Shown here piece after piece: positions 1 to 11,419 of a stretch of DNA of 41,245 nt. Both the position numbers and the translations under genes were made by a program. Positions within the stretch are counted from its first letter, which is position 1. Each line of letters opens with the position of its first letter. Source of the DNA: Octopus bimaculoides (taxonomy: Eukaryota); contig NC_068985.1 of NCBI RefSeq assembly GCF_001194135.2, forward strand, positions 89,145,070 to 89,186,314. Reading direction: 5' to 3'. Below the pieces are notes generated by a model. It ran no database searches. It saw only the letters and a list, made by a program, of their open reading frames with translations, and had not been told where the DNA came from.

Positions 1-25
1 TATTTTTGTTGGTGATGGTGGCTTG

Positions 26-857
26 TTATTTGTGTGAGGTGTGTGTGTGTGATGTGGGGGAGGGGGAAACAGTCTTGGAATTGTCTTTCTTTTCTCCCGC
101 TTCCCCACTTGTTGTTTTTGCAGATGCTGTTGTCTTCTCAGTTGCTGTTGTTGCTTGTATTTCTCTCGTTTTGATTGTTGATGGTGGTGTTGGTAGTAGG
201 GTTTTTTTCCTGGGTTTTGATGGTTGCCCTTGTTGCTTTTTTGGGTTGCCGGCGGTTGGGCAACTGTCCTTCAGGTGTGCCTCGCTGCTGCATACATAAC
301 AATGTGGCCGCCTTCCCTCCACCACTACATATAACTTGTGGTCCTTTGCCAGTTGGGATGTGTGGGGGGATCTTTTTGGCACTCCTCTTCAGTGATGTGG
401 AGGAGGACTTCGATTTTTTTTCCTCCTTCCCAGTTTTTCTCCTCTGCAGTAGCAATTTCTAATATATTTGCCTCCTCCATTTCGAGGCATATAGAACCTA
501 CTATCCACTGTGTTTCGACTTGTGAATGGACATTCTTTACTGTCACCTTCGTCACTCTCTGTACAGGATAACTCGGTATCATCACCAAGTCATCTGTGTG
601 GAGAGAGAGCGTCGAAAATTCCTTCGCTAACTCTTCGCTCTTAAAGCGTACTAGGACCGTGGCAAATTTGCGTCCCCAAGTAACATGAGTTTGAAAGGGC
701 CATATGGGTTTGAGACAAATCTCAATTTTTTGGGTGGAGAAATTCTCCGGTCGCTTGGTTTTCTGGTTGATAAGTCTGTATGATATGTGCTTCTTGTTTG
801 TGTTTTCGATGATTTCTTTTGGTATGTGTATTTGTACAGTGTCACCTTCTTTCGTGA
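26..857 (-). mobile_element. Non-LTR retrotransposon ORF1 (gag-like) relic with RRM-like segment and CCHC zinc knuckle, one frameshift; element probably continues left of the window
   Basis: One minus frame is open from about 857 to 325 (LTKEGDTVQIHIPKEII...KFATVLVRFKSEELAKEF...VTKVTVKNV). An overlapping frame 382-26 contains YVVVEGRRPHCYVCSSEAHLKDSCP, an exact C-x2-C-x4-H-x4-C, followed by a K/T/P/S-rich tail. RRM plus CCHC is the known ORF1p layout of several LINE clades. Confidence 0.7.
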
Positions 858-889
858 GAGATAGATAGATAGATAGATAGGTAGATAGG

Positions 890-923
<34 letters not shown>

Positions 924-948
924 TATAGATAGATAGATAGATAGATAG
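858..948. repeat. (GATA)n microsatellite
   Basis: Direct reading of gata/agat repeats with a few variant units. Confidence 0.97.
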
Positions 949-1569
949 AGAGGAGTGGGAGAAATTGAAGATCTAAATGAGAATTTCTATGAAAAGTTAG
1001 TAAAATCAGGTTGCTTGACAGACAGCGAAATGAAACATTTCATAGATATGAGAAAGAAGAATACGCAACTTTAATGAGAATAAAATGGAGAGACAAAATT
1101 GAATGGAATTATCTGGTTTTGATAAGCTGCCGGATTATTTCAGTGAATTAAGTAAACAATATCAGTGATAAGGTAATATAATGAAGCCTGCTTACTCCTG
1201 GTTATCTTCTTTATTACTGTCGCCAGACATTATTATTATCAGCATCATAATTATCATTATCATTATCTTCTGACATTCTTTTAGATATCATGATAACTGT
1301 AATTCTAAAGAAGTAGTAATGATAAGTATATTACTATTAAATCTAGTCTAAGATATGTGACGTAGAGAAGAAATATTGGTACAGGTATAGCTGTCTTCTA
1401 TAGATGTATTCTTTGGAAGTGTGTGACAGAGGTTTCGATCATTTGGCACAACAACTTCGACAAGTTTTCTCCTATTCTACGACTGCGTATTAATGATCCC
1501 AAAATTTAGTGGAATGGAATGCGGGAGCTCTTTGACGAGTACTGTCTTTCACTACTCTTAGTTATTTCA

Positions 1570-1880
1570 TGAAGGGGCGTAGTTTAATGGCTATGCTGCT
1601 CGGTTCCTGACCATAACTTCGTCAGTTTAATTGACAGCAGTGCATTGTCTCCATTAGAAATATAATTTATTTCACGTGATTCCAGTAAAGACAGCTGGTA
1701 AAGATGAACTGTACCTGTAAATCAATGGACTAGCATTGTCGCAGGTTGTTTTATGTTAAAATCTCCCTGAGAGCAATATGAAGTGTACGCATCTCTATTG
1801 AGTGTTCAGCCAGTTTCACGTAAATCTCACCTGCAGTCCCCTCCTTTGATGTCATAAACTGAAACCTTCATCGTCGTAAC
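1570..1880 (+). mobile_element. Degenerate tRNA-derived SINE, same family as 14619-14965
   Basis: Shares ordered blocks with 14619-14965: tgtacctgta, aatctccc(t/c)gaga, gtg(t/c)tcagcca, aactg(a/g)aac..tc(a/g)tcgtcgtaac. Decayed A-box-like ggcgtagtttaatgg at the start. Confidence 0.55.
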
Positions 1881-2289
1881 AGTAGTTATTTCAAAATAAT
1901 TCTACAATTACTTCGAAATCTGTCATTTTCACCAAAAATCTCTACGCAGTATATTTGTGTGGATCCCAAGTACTTTTCGATTCAATGTCCTTTGGCTGGA
2001 AGTGATCCTCGCCATTATTATCCATACATAGAAACTCGTCACAAGAAAATCGATATTGATTTGCGTGTTTCCTATCGATGCTGCTTCTGGTATCACTGCT
2101 ATGTTTGTTGACGGTGCTGCTGCTTTATACGAGTTTGGCAGAAAAGTGATTTCGAAGCTGTACAGGTTGACTCTGCTTCTGATGTCGATGAAATAGCAGC
2201 AATTTAATGGATGAATACTTTGTCGCAGCTACTCTTACATGCATCCAGTGCAATTGCGTCCTGGTGAAGACGTTTTTCTAACCGGAAAT

Positions 2290-2440
2290 TGCGTGGGTAG
2301 GTAAGAAGCTTACTTCCCAAACCACTGGTTCTGGGTTCAGTTTCATTACGTCACACATTCGGTATTTTCTACTAAAGCCTCAAGCAATAATGCCTTGCGA
2401 ACGGAATTGGTAGAAAACTTAAACACGCTTGTCGTATATC
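2290..2440 (+). mobile_element. Degenerate SINE, family also at 5890-6050 and 37375-37520
   Basis: gtaagaagcttacttcccaaaccactggttctgggttcagt...ttctactaaagcctc resembles the reverse complement of 37375-37520 (ggatatagtagaagac...gggacagaagctggaaccattggattgggtagaaaacgtcttactacac). Confidence 0.5.
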
Positions 2441-3622
2441 AGAAAATCAGCTTCCAGATGTTGCAGATGAACAGCACTGAGAAGGCATTTATATTGGATG
2501 CTTAATCAGCCCTTTTATATCGGAATTATAGTTCAGAATTCGTCGTCGTTGTGTTTGGCTTCATCTCTTCTCTGCAAATGTAGTATCTTCTTTCTTGAAC
2601 GCTTCTTTTATGGTGATGCCGTTGATGACTTTGAAAACAATTTCTGGGATAGAAGACTTGACAGAATAGACAATATGGCACACTTGGTTGTAGCATGCGA
2701 TCGACTGTGTCGTGCCTTTCTTTCTTACCATATGATTTCCTCTTGTTATCTTCTGGTGGCTTCGCATTTATAGGTTCCGTTGGCGATGGAACATCACCAT
2801 TTTGCACGGGCCGGGGTTGTGTTTCAGACGATTTAGGCTCAATTCCTTGGCCAGTAATTGATCCATCAGTAGGTGCCATACACCGACCTGTATATTTTCC
2901 TTTGTTTATTTAACCAACTGAGTTATATCGGCAGGTATTTGTGTCAATGTTTGCAGCGTTTCATCTAACATTTACTTAAACACAACTCTTCAGCTATTAA
3001 ATCGCACCGTGTTATATATCTAGCAAAACTTTTAGTAAACATATCAACAGTATATATAGATATCATAATTTTTTTTTTTTTTCGAGAATATTCCTTAGCA
3101 CTGTATAACCAAATTCTATTATATATTTAACCTTTAAATAAAAACAGACTTTATTTCACGGTGAAAATCCCCAAAACAGGTGTGAATTATTTATGTTAGA
3201 TGGATGATTGAGGAACAGAATATATGTCATTTTGCAGAATACACAAAAATAAAACAAAAACATCATAGCCGATAAATACTCGCCAACGCAGTTTCATGTA
3301 TTCAATGGAAGCATTTATGAAAATATTTTCCCTTTTTCTCTTTTTAAATATTGGACAGCATAACATTCACAGAATAATTCTAACATCTCACGAATGCGGG
3401 AATATACCCTCACACCGTATATATGTGCGTGTGTGTTTTTGTGTGTATGGGGGTGTATATTTGTGGTTATGTTTGTGTGTGTGTTTGTGTGCGTGTTTCG
3501 TAATGAAGACAGGAAATATAGAACTGAAAACATAAGTATTTTTATAGTTTTATTAATATTTAGCTGAAGCAACTGAGTGATTCAAAGGTCGAGATTTTCG
3601 TGCATTTTCATTTATCAAACTA

Positions 3623-4646
3623 TTAGGTATTTCCGAAAATAATGGTCGCTCTAAGTGTTGAGTTTTGAAGCGTAATTTTATTATAGTATTTTAATTATAT
3701 TTTAGGTGAATTTCAACCTACTTAGTAACTGATAATTGATATTTTCTACTTATTTCAGACAAAGGACAATAGTAGCCCTTAATTATGAACATGACAAGAA
3801 AGGACCTTCGCTTACTTATTTTGCATGAGTTCAAGATTTGGCATAATGCCTCCCAAACTGCTACTAATATCAACAGAGGGGTTCACAGGTGATGGGGAGA
3901 GGGATCCAAAAGTGATCGCACAGTATGAAGGTGGTTTCAGAAATTACGTATTGGTTATCAGAGCCTTGAATGTGAAGAAGGTAGACGACGGTTATGCAAT
4001 CTTTACAATGAACAATTGAAAACAGTCTTTGAACAAACCAGTGTAAAAGTGTCAGAGAAATGTCTCAAGAATTTGGTGTCGGTATTGCAACGATCTAACG
4101 CACTCTACAGATTTTGAGGTGAAAAAGCTCGATAAATGGTTCCACGTGAGCCCAATGAAAATCAAAATGTTCGGCGATTTGAAGTGTACTCGATGCTCTT
4201 TCTGCGAAACAATAATGATATTTTCCTTTAACGAAGAGTCACATGCGACGAAACGTGGATCCTTTATGATAGCCGTAAACGATCAGGTCAATGGCTTGAT
4301 CGTGATGACTCCGCCAAACATTTCCCAAAGCCAAAGTTGCATCAGCAAAAGATTATGGTGACTGTCTGGCGGTTTGCAACTAGTGTTGTCTGCTACAGCT
4401 TTGTGAAAACCACTCAGAGAATTACAGCAGACGTTCACTGCAATCAAATCACTGAAACGCATTCTCACTTGCAAATAATGTGACCTGCATCGGTGAATCG
4501 GCGTGGTTCAGTCTGCTCCACGATAATGCAAAACCACATGTTGCAAGAATGACGCTGCAGAAACTCACAGACTTGGGATACGAAAATTTAGCACATCCTC
4601 CATATTCGTCTGATCTTTCACCCACTGACAACAATTTTTGTAAGTG
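3623..4646 (+). mobile_element. Mariner (DD34D) transposon relic; transposase pseudogene from ATG 3791, truncated by an assembly gap
   Basis: With frameshifts and stops it reads MTRKDLRLLILHEFK...RWFQKLR (HTH)...[19 protein letters not shown] (4241)...[15 protein letters not shown]...LLHDNAKPH (4519)...HPPYSSDLSPTD. The second D (4522) and third D (4627) are 35 codons apart, i.e. D34D. A putative left TIR ttaggtatttccgaaaataatgg follows TA at 3621-3622. Confidence 0.92.
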
Positions 4647-5044
4647 NNNNNNNNNNNNNNNNNNNNNNNNNNNNNNNNNNNNNNNNNNNNNNNNNNNNNN
4701 NNNNNNNNNNNNNNNNNNNNNNNNNNNNNNNNNNNNNNNNNNNNNNNNNNNNNNNNNNNNNNNNNNNNNNNNNNNNNNNNNNNNNNNNNNNNNNNNNNNN
4801 NNNNNNNNNNNNNNNNNNNNNNNNNNNNNNNNNNNNNNNNNNNNNNNNNNNNNNNNNNNNNNNNNNNNNNNNNNNNNNNNNNNNNNNNNNNNNNNNNNNN
4901 NNNNNNNNNNNNNNNNNNNNNNNNNNNNNNNNNNNNNNNNNNNNNNNNNNNNNNNNNNNNNNNNNNNNNNNNNNNNNNNNNNNNNNNNNNNNNNNNNNNN
5001 NNNNNNNNNNNNNNNNNNNNNNNNNNNNNNNNNNNNNNNNNNNN
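4647..5044. other. Assembly gap (N run). Other gaps at about 9715-10100, 11976-12675, 13286-13295, 13554-14078, 15375-15729, 18147-18222, 20976-21368, 30108-30242, 31456-31498, 34479-34952, 35885-36627, 39014-39223
   Basis: Runs of n. Most abut (CA)n or (TA)n microsatellites, as expected for a short-read scaffold. Confidence 0.99.
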
Positions 5045-5228
5045 TAGCAGATTTACAGAAAAACAAAAGACGAAGACAGGTGTAGGAACAACAAGCCGGT
5101 GTTTTAGTTTAAAGCTCGGGAATATGGAGAGAATAAGAATATATATAATTAAAAAATCGGAGATAAAAGACAAGAAAAAAAGAACAACGCGAGGACTTGG
5201 TGCATGCGAAGTATTAATATGTGGTTAC

Positions 5229-5259
<31 letters not shown>

Positions 5260-5774
5260 CGCGCGAAATCTTTTAATGCCAAACCCTGTAGTCTACTCGG
5301 GTTTCTTACATTCTCATTTAATTTAATTAAATGCATTACATTATCGTGTTTGACATAACTATGGGATATTCTGAGATATTTTAAAACTTAACTTTCACGT
5401 TAATCCAATAATATTTGACAAGGGATATCTTTCCATTTCAAATATTCTGTCGCCTCTTATTGGCATAAATGTTGCTATGATAACTTTTATGGCAATCATT
5501 TATTTCACTTTTAAGAAATTTTCAAGAAATATATAATTCCTGAACTATAATTTAGTTACCTCAAATTACATAGACCACTTTACTTACTCATTATTATTAG
5601 TAAAACTATTCTAATTTAATTATCTTCTCTTTGTGTCTTAAATACATATTAGCTTCGATTGTTTTTTTTCCTTTCCATTTCCAACGTTGTGTCATGTGTT
5701 AATCTATCTGCTATCAGTTTTATCGGAATCACAGTCCTGCGAAATGAAGTCGTGTACCTTATGATTTGTATCTC

Positions 5775-5880
5775 TTTGTCGTTTTATTCATTCGACTGCA
5801 GTTATGGTGAGGTACCAAAGAAATCGACATATTCTGGAAGTTACTGTATCAATTCCTTTTCCGAACCGATAGATCTCAAG
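5775..5880 (-). mobile_element. Degenerate SINE 3' part, family also at 16250-16300 and 27660-27725
   Basis: ttttattcattcgactgcagttatgg is the reverse-complement counterpart of cagcatggccgcagtcagattactgaaacaaataaaa (about 16256). ttccgaaccg...ctgtatcaattcc mirrors cggctcggcaaaagtgactgataaataattaccagg (about 27680). Confidence 0.45.
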
Positions 5881-5889
5881 CGGTGAGTT

Positions 5890-6050
5890 GGACCCATATA
5901 TAGACAGAGACACGCGCAGTTTCCACCTACCAAACTTACACACATGTGTAATAAAAGATACGAGATTGTGATGCCTTACAGTGTATCGAAATTCGCTACC
6001 ACGTGGGTGCAAAGAGAATATCTTCACAACACAGCTATGCCTGCGCATAT
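5890..6050 (-). mobile_element. Degenerate SINE, family of 2290-2440 and 37375-37520
   Basis: gtttccacctaccaaac...tcttcacaacacagctatgcctgcg matches the ends of 37375-37520 (cttactacacagccatgcctgc). Confidence 0.45.
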
Positions 6051-6499
6051 CTATGCAACAAGTTTGTTAGCCTTATGGAAACAACCAAAAAATAAGCGAT
6101 GATTAATTGTTTAAAATATATTCCGTCTGTGTATAATTATTCTTTTCTTAATATATCATTTAAACGTGTCACAGTCAACCACGGAAACATGGGCAAGCAG
6201 AGACAGAAAAAAAAAATGAGAGGAATGTTCTGGAATATTTACTTATATGTTTGGTATACTTTTTTGCAGAATCTCTTGTTCGGTTCGTACAGAATCTTTT
6301 TATATGTATTATAGACCTATAATACTTATACAAAGATACTTACACAATCTGCTCGCGATATCTCACAGAAATGTTAATGTGTCCAAAAATATCACGAAGT
6401 GGGAATTCATGCTAGGCTGTTAGCAAATTGATTTCAAATTTGTAAAATATCTGAAATTTCAGGAGAGAGCATACATCGTTTATATTGACGCCATCTTTC

Positions 6500-6640
6500 T
6501 ACTGGTACATATTTTATCGATTCCAAAGATTGAAAGGCAATTCGATCTCGGTGGAGTTTGATCTCAGAACGCGAAAATAGACGATATACCGGTAAACATT
6601 TTTACCGGCGTGCTACCTACTCTGCGAGATCATTGCCTCA
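6500..6640 (-). mobile_element. Degenerate SINE, family also at 22070-22200, 26850-27010 and 27300-27470
   Basis: The reverse complement aligns with 26850-27010 (cgttctga.ttcaaa...ctttc..c...tcgataaaataagtacca). Confidence 0.6.
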
Positions 6641-6699
6641 ATAGAATGTTAGCATATTAAACCAAGAAAAGTGCTTGTCTACTATTTTACATTAAGCAA

Positions 6700-7070
6700 A
6701 CGTCGTGTGATTAATGCCCAAGTATCCGTTGACGGCTTTTGAATTAAGAAATTCACGAGCCAGAGACACACTAGAAGAGATTTTTATAGTTTTGTGATTA
6801 ATAATCATGGCTGGAGCAACGAGTCATACACTCCTTACACAATTCAGGCTCATTAAAAATAAATTCAGTGCAACATATTTAGCTTCATTAAGAGGCCTTA
6901 CTCTATCTTCAATTATTGCAAAACAAATGAAAGAATGAACACATCCCATCACCTTCAAGTGGTATTTGGATAAATTTCCTCAAAATATTACAGATACGTG
7001 GCCTATAAATTGACGTATCTCAGTCAACAACAACTCACAAATTGAAAGTGCTTTGATGGCACAAAAGTAA
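6700..7070 (+). mobile_element. Old LINE ORF2 C-terminal fragment, same family as 35020-35884
   Basis: Translates GLTLSSIIAKQMKE*THPITFKWYLDKFPQNITDT...SVNNNSQIE, which aligns without gaps to GPVLFNVVPKLIKEEKDPITYKRSLESFLQGIPDN...SLNMNSLLE from the 35049-35396 ORF. Confidence 0.6.
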
Positions 7071-7968
7071 TTAGCAGATTCTTTCGGGTGATGTTATAAA
7101 TTCAGACACAGCGTGAGCCAATTTTATCTTGAATATTTATTTAAGTATATGTAAGTTTGTCAGGATTATGCACATTGTCTTAGCGTTACAACCACATCGA
7201 TTCACACATAGCAGTAATACTATGAATCCGACAACAGTCCCCTGCTCTTGGTTTTAATAGGAAGGGAGTAACAAATAAAAAAATGTTCACTGCTAAAAAA
7301 CTGAAAAGCTTAAATGGAAATAAACTCTGAAGTTATTTTCAACGCTAAAAATTCATAATTAAAGGTTTTTGTTTTAAAACTATTGCTGGATTTTGTTGAC
7401 ACAGCTGGAAACCAGATAATTATCTTAAATTCACTCATAGTTAAGAAAAAATATTTCAGTCTGTTTCTAAAAATATCTGTCGCATTAGCTTTGTGAAGCG
7501 AAGTAGTTTATTTTTTCGTGGGCATGGTAAAATTTCTCCTCTTCGCAAAAGTTCATGTAAATTTATATAATAATATTGGGTACTTTATTTTTTACATTTA
7601 AATATGAGAAAAAAGTATTTTATTTATTTACCTTCATCGAAGGAAAAATAAACACCGACAGTCTGTCATATTGTCTCATTTAGTATGTATTTGATAAAAT
7701 ATAATATATTTTGTTTTGTTTTGTTTCTATGACAAATTTTCTATTGTGGATATTATATTCATGTGTTTTTCCTACCATAAAAAAAAATGTTGTTATAAAA
7801 ATAAATATATTAACTTAAAACAGCTTAAATAATATATTTTATATAACAATGATACTCTCACTGTCTTCGTGCACTTTAAAATATACTGAATTTCGAATAG
7901 AAAAAAAACAATTAAACACAACCAGAAAAACGGTTGCGTACTGTTAGTTACATAGATATGTTCTCTCG

Positions 7969-8031
<63 letters not shown>
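7969..8031. repeat. Compound (CT)n(CA)n microsatellite
   Basis: Direct reading. Confidence 0.95.
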
Positions 8032-8033
8032 GC

Positions 8034-8359
8034 GGATTCTGAGACCCCTCCAGTCATCACTGACCATGGGATTGAGCCTAGAAAGTTACCCTCCGAGGAA
8101 CAAGTCCGAGCAAGGTTGTTTATGGAAGACCATCAGTCGCCCATGCATACAGGCTTCCACTCTCCACACCACCAGCGTTATCCATGGGAAAGACAAAGGC
8201 CGATACAGCCTGGCACCTGTGAGATCACAACTCATTTCTACAGTTGAGTGAACTGGAGTAACGTGAAATAAAGTGAAGTTAGAGCGTCAAGCTTACGATC
8301 GTGAGGTTGTAAGCTCGAATCCCGGTCCGGGCTGCGTGTTGTGTTCTTGATTAAGACAC
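8034..8359. mobile_element. tRNA-derived SINE with body on the minus strand (8034-8275) and head inverted onto the plus strand (8278-8359)
   Basis: Pol III B-box-like gctcgaatccc at 8313-8323 is on +. The head end gtgttcttgattaagacac joins seamlessly to the reverse complement of the body (cactttatttcacg), giving a CORE-like ...CAAGACACTTTATTTCAC only if one half is flipped. Confidence 0.65.
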
Positions 8360-9674
8360 ACACATGGATGCATACATATAATTAATACATATATACATAT
8401 GATTGAAGAAGAGACAACTACTCCGCAATGCTTGCATCTCAAAGTTCGTATAGATGGCGCTGCGTACTGATTTAGGCGTATTCAGGCCATATCCCTCGGA
8501 TATCAATTGAAAATGATCTCTACAACATGCCAAAGAATAATATATACACTTACTGTTTATTCGGTGAACAAACATCGTGTTTCTACAGACGTTTCTTTGT
8601 TTTAGGGCAGTAATGGAATTTACGGGAAAAGCGTGAAATCGTACAAGAAAATGTGTTGTCTACCCTTATATAGCTAAGGGACGTAAAGAATTTTCAGTGA
8701 AATTATAAAAGATTGGCTCCTTTCCACCCTTTATATATTTCATATAACCTTCTCACTTTTTTCTGAAATATGGGACAATACAATTCGTGCGTTGCTTCAA
8801 GACGGTAGAATGACTGAATTAAGGTGCATGCCTCTACATTTAATTTATATTCGATTTTGATTTGTCTTTTAATGTCAAAACGAAGCTGTTAACTTGATAA
8901 AAATACCTTCTGTTTAACGGAGAGATGACTGATGTTTGTAAAGATGAATTGAGACCTCTTTCTTGAAAGAAAAATTATAGTGAAAGTCTAGGAGGAAAGA
9001 AGATAGGAAAAACAAACCTCTCTGAAAACAAACTTCAAGAGCGCCGATTTATTCCCAAAACTAAGAAAACAGCTTTGAACAAATAATTTAAAGGGAATTT
9101 CTAAAAAGCTTTGAAATATTTCATATGACTTTTTAAAATCACTCTGCCATTATTTTCGTTGTTTCACGGTTGTCATTAAAAAGATATATTAATGAGTATT
9201 AATCACGTGCTAAATTTAAACGCGAGTACAACAATAACAAAAATAAACGCGATAAAAGACGAATTAAAGTATAAAAATATAAAGCGAAAACCGGAATAAC
9301 AAAATATAAAGAAGCAATAGAATTAAGCAGAGAGTCTAAAGAATTTATCAAATCCTTTTTATAGTAATTCTTATTGGATATTCTTCATTCAAGCAATATA
9401 TTAGTTATCAAGCATCAAATCGTTTATTAGCTATCAGATAAATGAAGAATTTTATGAGTTGTTTTATTGCTTTGCAATCAAAAGCTATTTTATTGGGTAT
9501 TAATCTTACAAGCTTTATTGCCGCCAAAGATATATTGATTGTTATTGCCGAAAATGGTGGTAGTTGATCACTGGCCAGTTTCATTGTGCATTAAGCTAAA
9601 AACTTGCTAACTTTCTTTATTGATCTTAACATACAGACATTCTGTACAAACACAAACTATCTCTCTCACACACA

Positions 9675-9714
<40 letters not shown>

Positions 9715-10849
9715 NNNNNNNNNNNNNNNNNNNNNNNNNNNNNNNNNNNNNNNNNNNNNNNNNNNNNNNNNNNNNNNNNNNNNNNNNNNNNNNNNNNNNN
9801 NNNNNNNNNNNNNNNNNNNNNNNNNNNNNNNNNNNNNNNNNNNNNNNNNNNNNNNNNNNNNNNNNNNNNNNNNNNNNNNNNNNNNNNNNNNNNNNNNNNN
9901 NNNNNNNNNNNNNNNNNNNNNNNNNNNNNNNNNNNNNNNNNNNNNNNNNNNNNNNNNNNNNNNNNNNNNNNNNNNNNNNNNNNNNNNNNNNNNNNNNNNN
10001 NNNNNNNNNNNNNNNNNNNNNNNNNNNNNNNNNNNNNNNNNNNNNNNNNNNNNNNNNNNNNNNNNNNNNNNNNNNNNNNNNNNNNNNNNNNNNNNNNNNN
10101 TCCATATATATATAAACAATTGATGTATACACAGAAACAACTACACACAAATGCCTACTTATTTTCGCATGTGCACGCATGCATGTACATGACCGTATAT
10201 GTTTACATGTGCGTGTTATGTTCAATGCAGTGTTTCGCCTCCTCCATAATCATTTTAGAACATATAACGTATTGTTTTTTCTCATTGCTTTTATTATTAT
10301 AATCTCATATTCTTATATTGTGTGTCAATATTTTGGCCGATATTCTGTTTGCTTCATTCATTTAATCATTTCTTGTTTTCTTCTTCACGATTTATTTTCA
10401 ACTCAGGTATATAATATATCTTTCTTGCTTTATAATTGAATGATCATGTGCCTTTCATTGAAAGTGTTACGGCGTAAAGTCGTTGCATATGTTACTTTTC
10501 ATATCGCTATATACTCTGTGCCGATCCATTCCGATATTTCATGTGTTCAACGTATGATATATCTTCACATTATGAATGATATTCGTCCTTAAAAGCACCA
10601 AATGAATGTCAGAGTTGATTTTGATTGCTGAAGTGAACCGTGATACTAAAGTGGATTCAATTTGTGTACAATGTTAATATCGGTGATGAATATGGTGCTA
10701 CTTTACTTCCTAATTTTCGATGCAGAAAATACATTATACGAGTGTGTTATGCTATGGAATTAAATAGACTAACACACAAAAAGAAAATGAAACATTCTCT
10801 TGTTGTCGCTCAACATTTTATTATGTATTCTAGGGAGACTAATTCTAAA

Positions 10850-11200
10850 TTGATAGAGATGTTAACCTGATGTTTGGCGACGGAAAGTCTCGTAATATCT
10901 CTAGAATCTTTATTAGAATACTCATAGAATAGAGAATGACTTTTTCTGCAGTTCGACATTCTCCTGAAATCATCTAGCCTCAGAGAAGAATTCTTAAATA
11001 TCGAGCCGATCACACCAATTACAACTGGAGCAATGTTCACTCTAACGTTCTATTAAGTTCTTGATATCCCTCCATTATTTTTAATTCCATGATTTTTCAA
11101 TCTACTAATATAACGGGTTGCCACGACAATATTCGGACATTGTTTTGTGACTCCTATACTACAATCATATTTGATTTCTTTCTTCCAGTGATATAGCACC
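10850..11200 (-). mobile_element. Possible highly decayed restriction-like endonuclease (R4/Dong-type non-LTR) C-terminal fragment
   Basis: Minus frames give, in order, IKYDCSI..CPNIVV (cf. ILWDF.I...RPDIVV), GYQELNRTL (cf. KYQDLKREI) and RVNIAPVVIGVIGSIFKN (cf. V.PVVIGALGT..KN). Comparison is to recalled motifs only. Confidence 0.4.
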
Positions 11201-11339
11201 GGAAATATATTATATGAAACCCTCTAATGAACATTCAACAAATGTTGGCTCGCATTCATACAAATACTGTTTCTTTTAATCATAAAAGTATTGTTACCAT
11301 TCCATTCTACATATTTACCGATATTCCTTTCCGTGTTAG

Positions 11340-11419
11340 GCTAATGCAGGCGATCAGAACAGGCATAACAATTTTACGCACTTTTTCCACACATAGTCTG
11401 TGTTCGCGTCCTCAGTACG
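11340..11419 (+). CDS. Candidate 80-nt exon containing a possible start codon; peptide MQAIRTGITILRTFSTHSLCSRPQY
   Basis: Acceptor attcctttccgtgttag|G and donor TACG|gtatgt. Only one frame is open. The peptide is Arg/Ser/Thr-rich with no acidic residues. Confidence 0.3.

Noticed and set aside
1405-1460. Minus-strand GAAAC-CTCT-GTC preceded by TTGTCGAAG
   Set aside because: The first core half has two mismatches and helix II does not pair.
2940-3000. Minus-strand CTGAAGA...GAAAC
   Set aside because: The intervening sequence does not form helix II and no GUH triad follows.
8450-8465. TAGATGGCGCT, partial CTCF/YY1-like motif
   Set aside because: The 5' half of the CTCF core is absent and a single short match is expected by chance.
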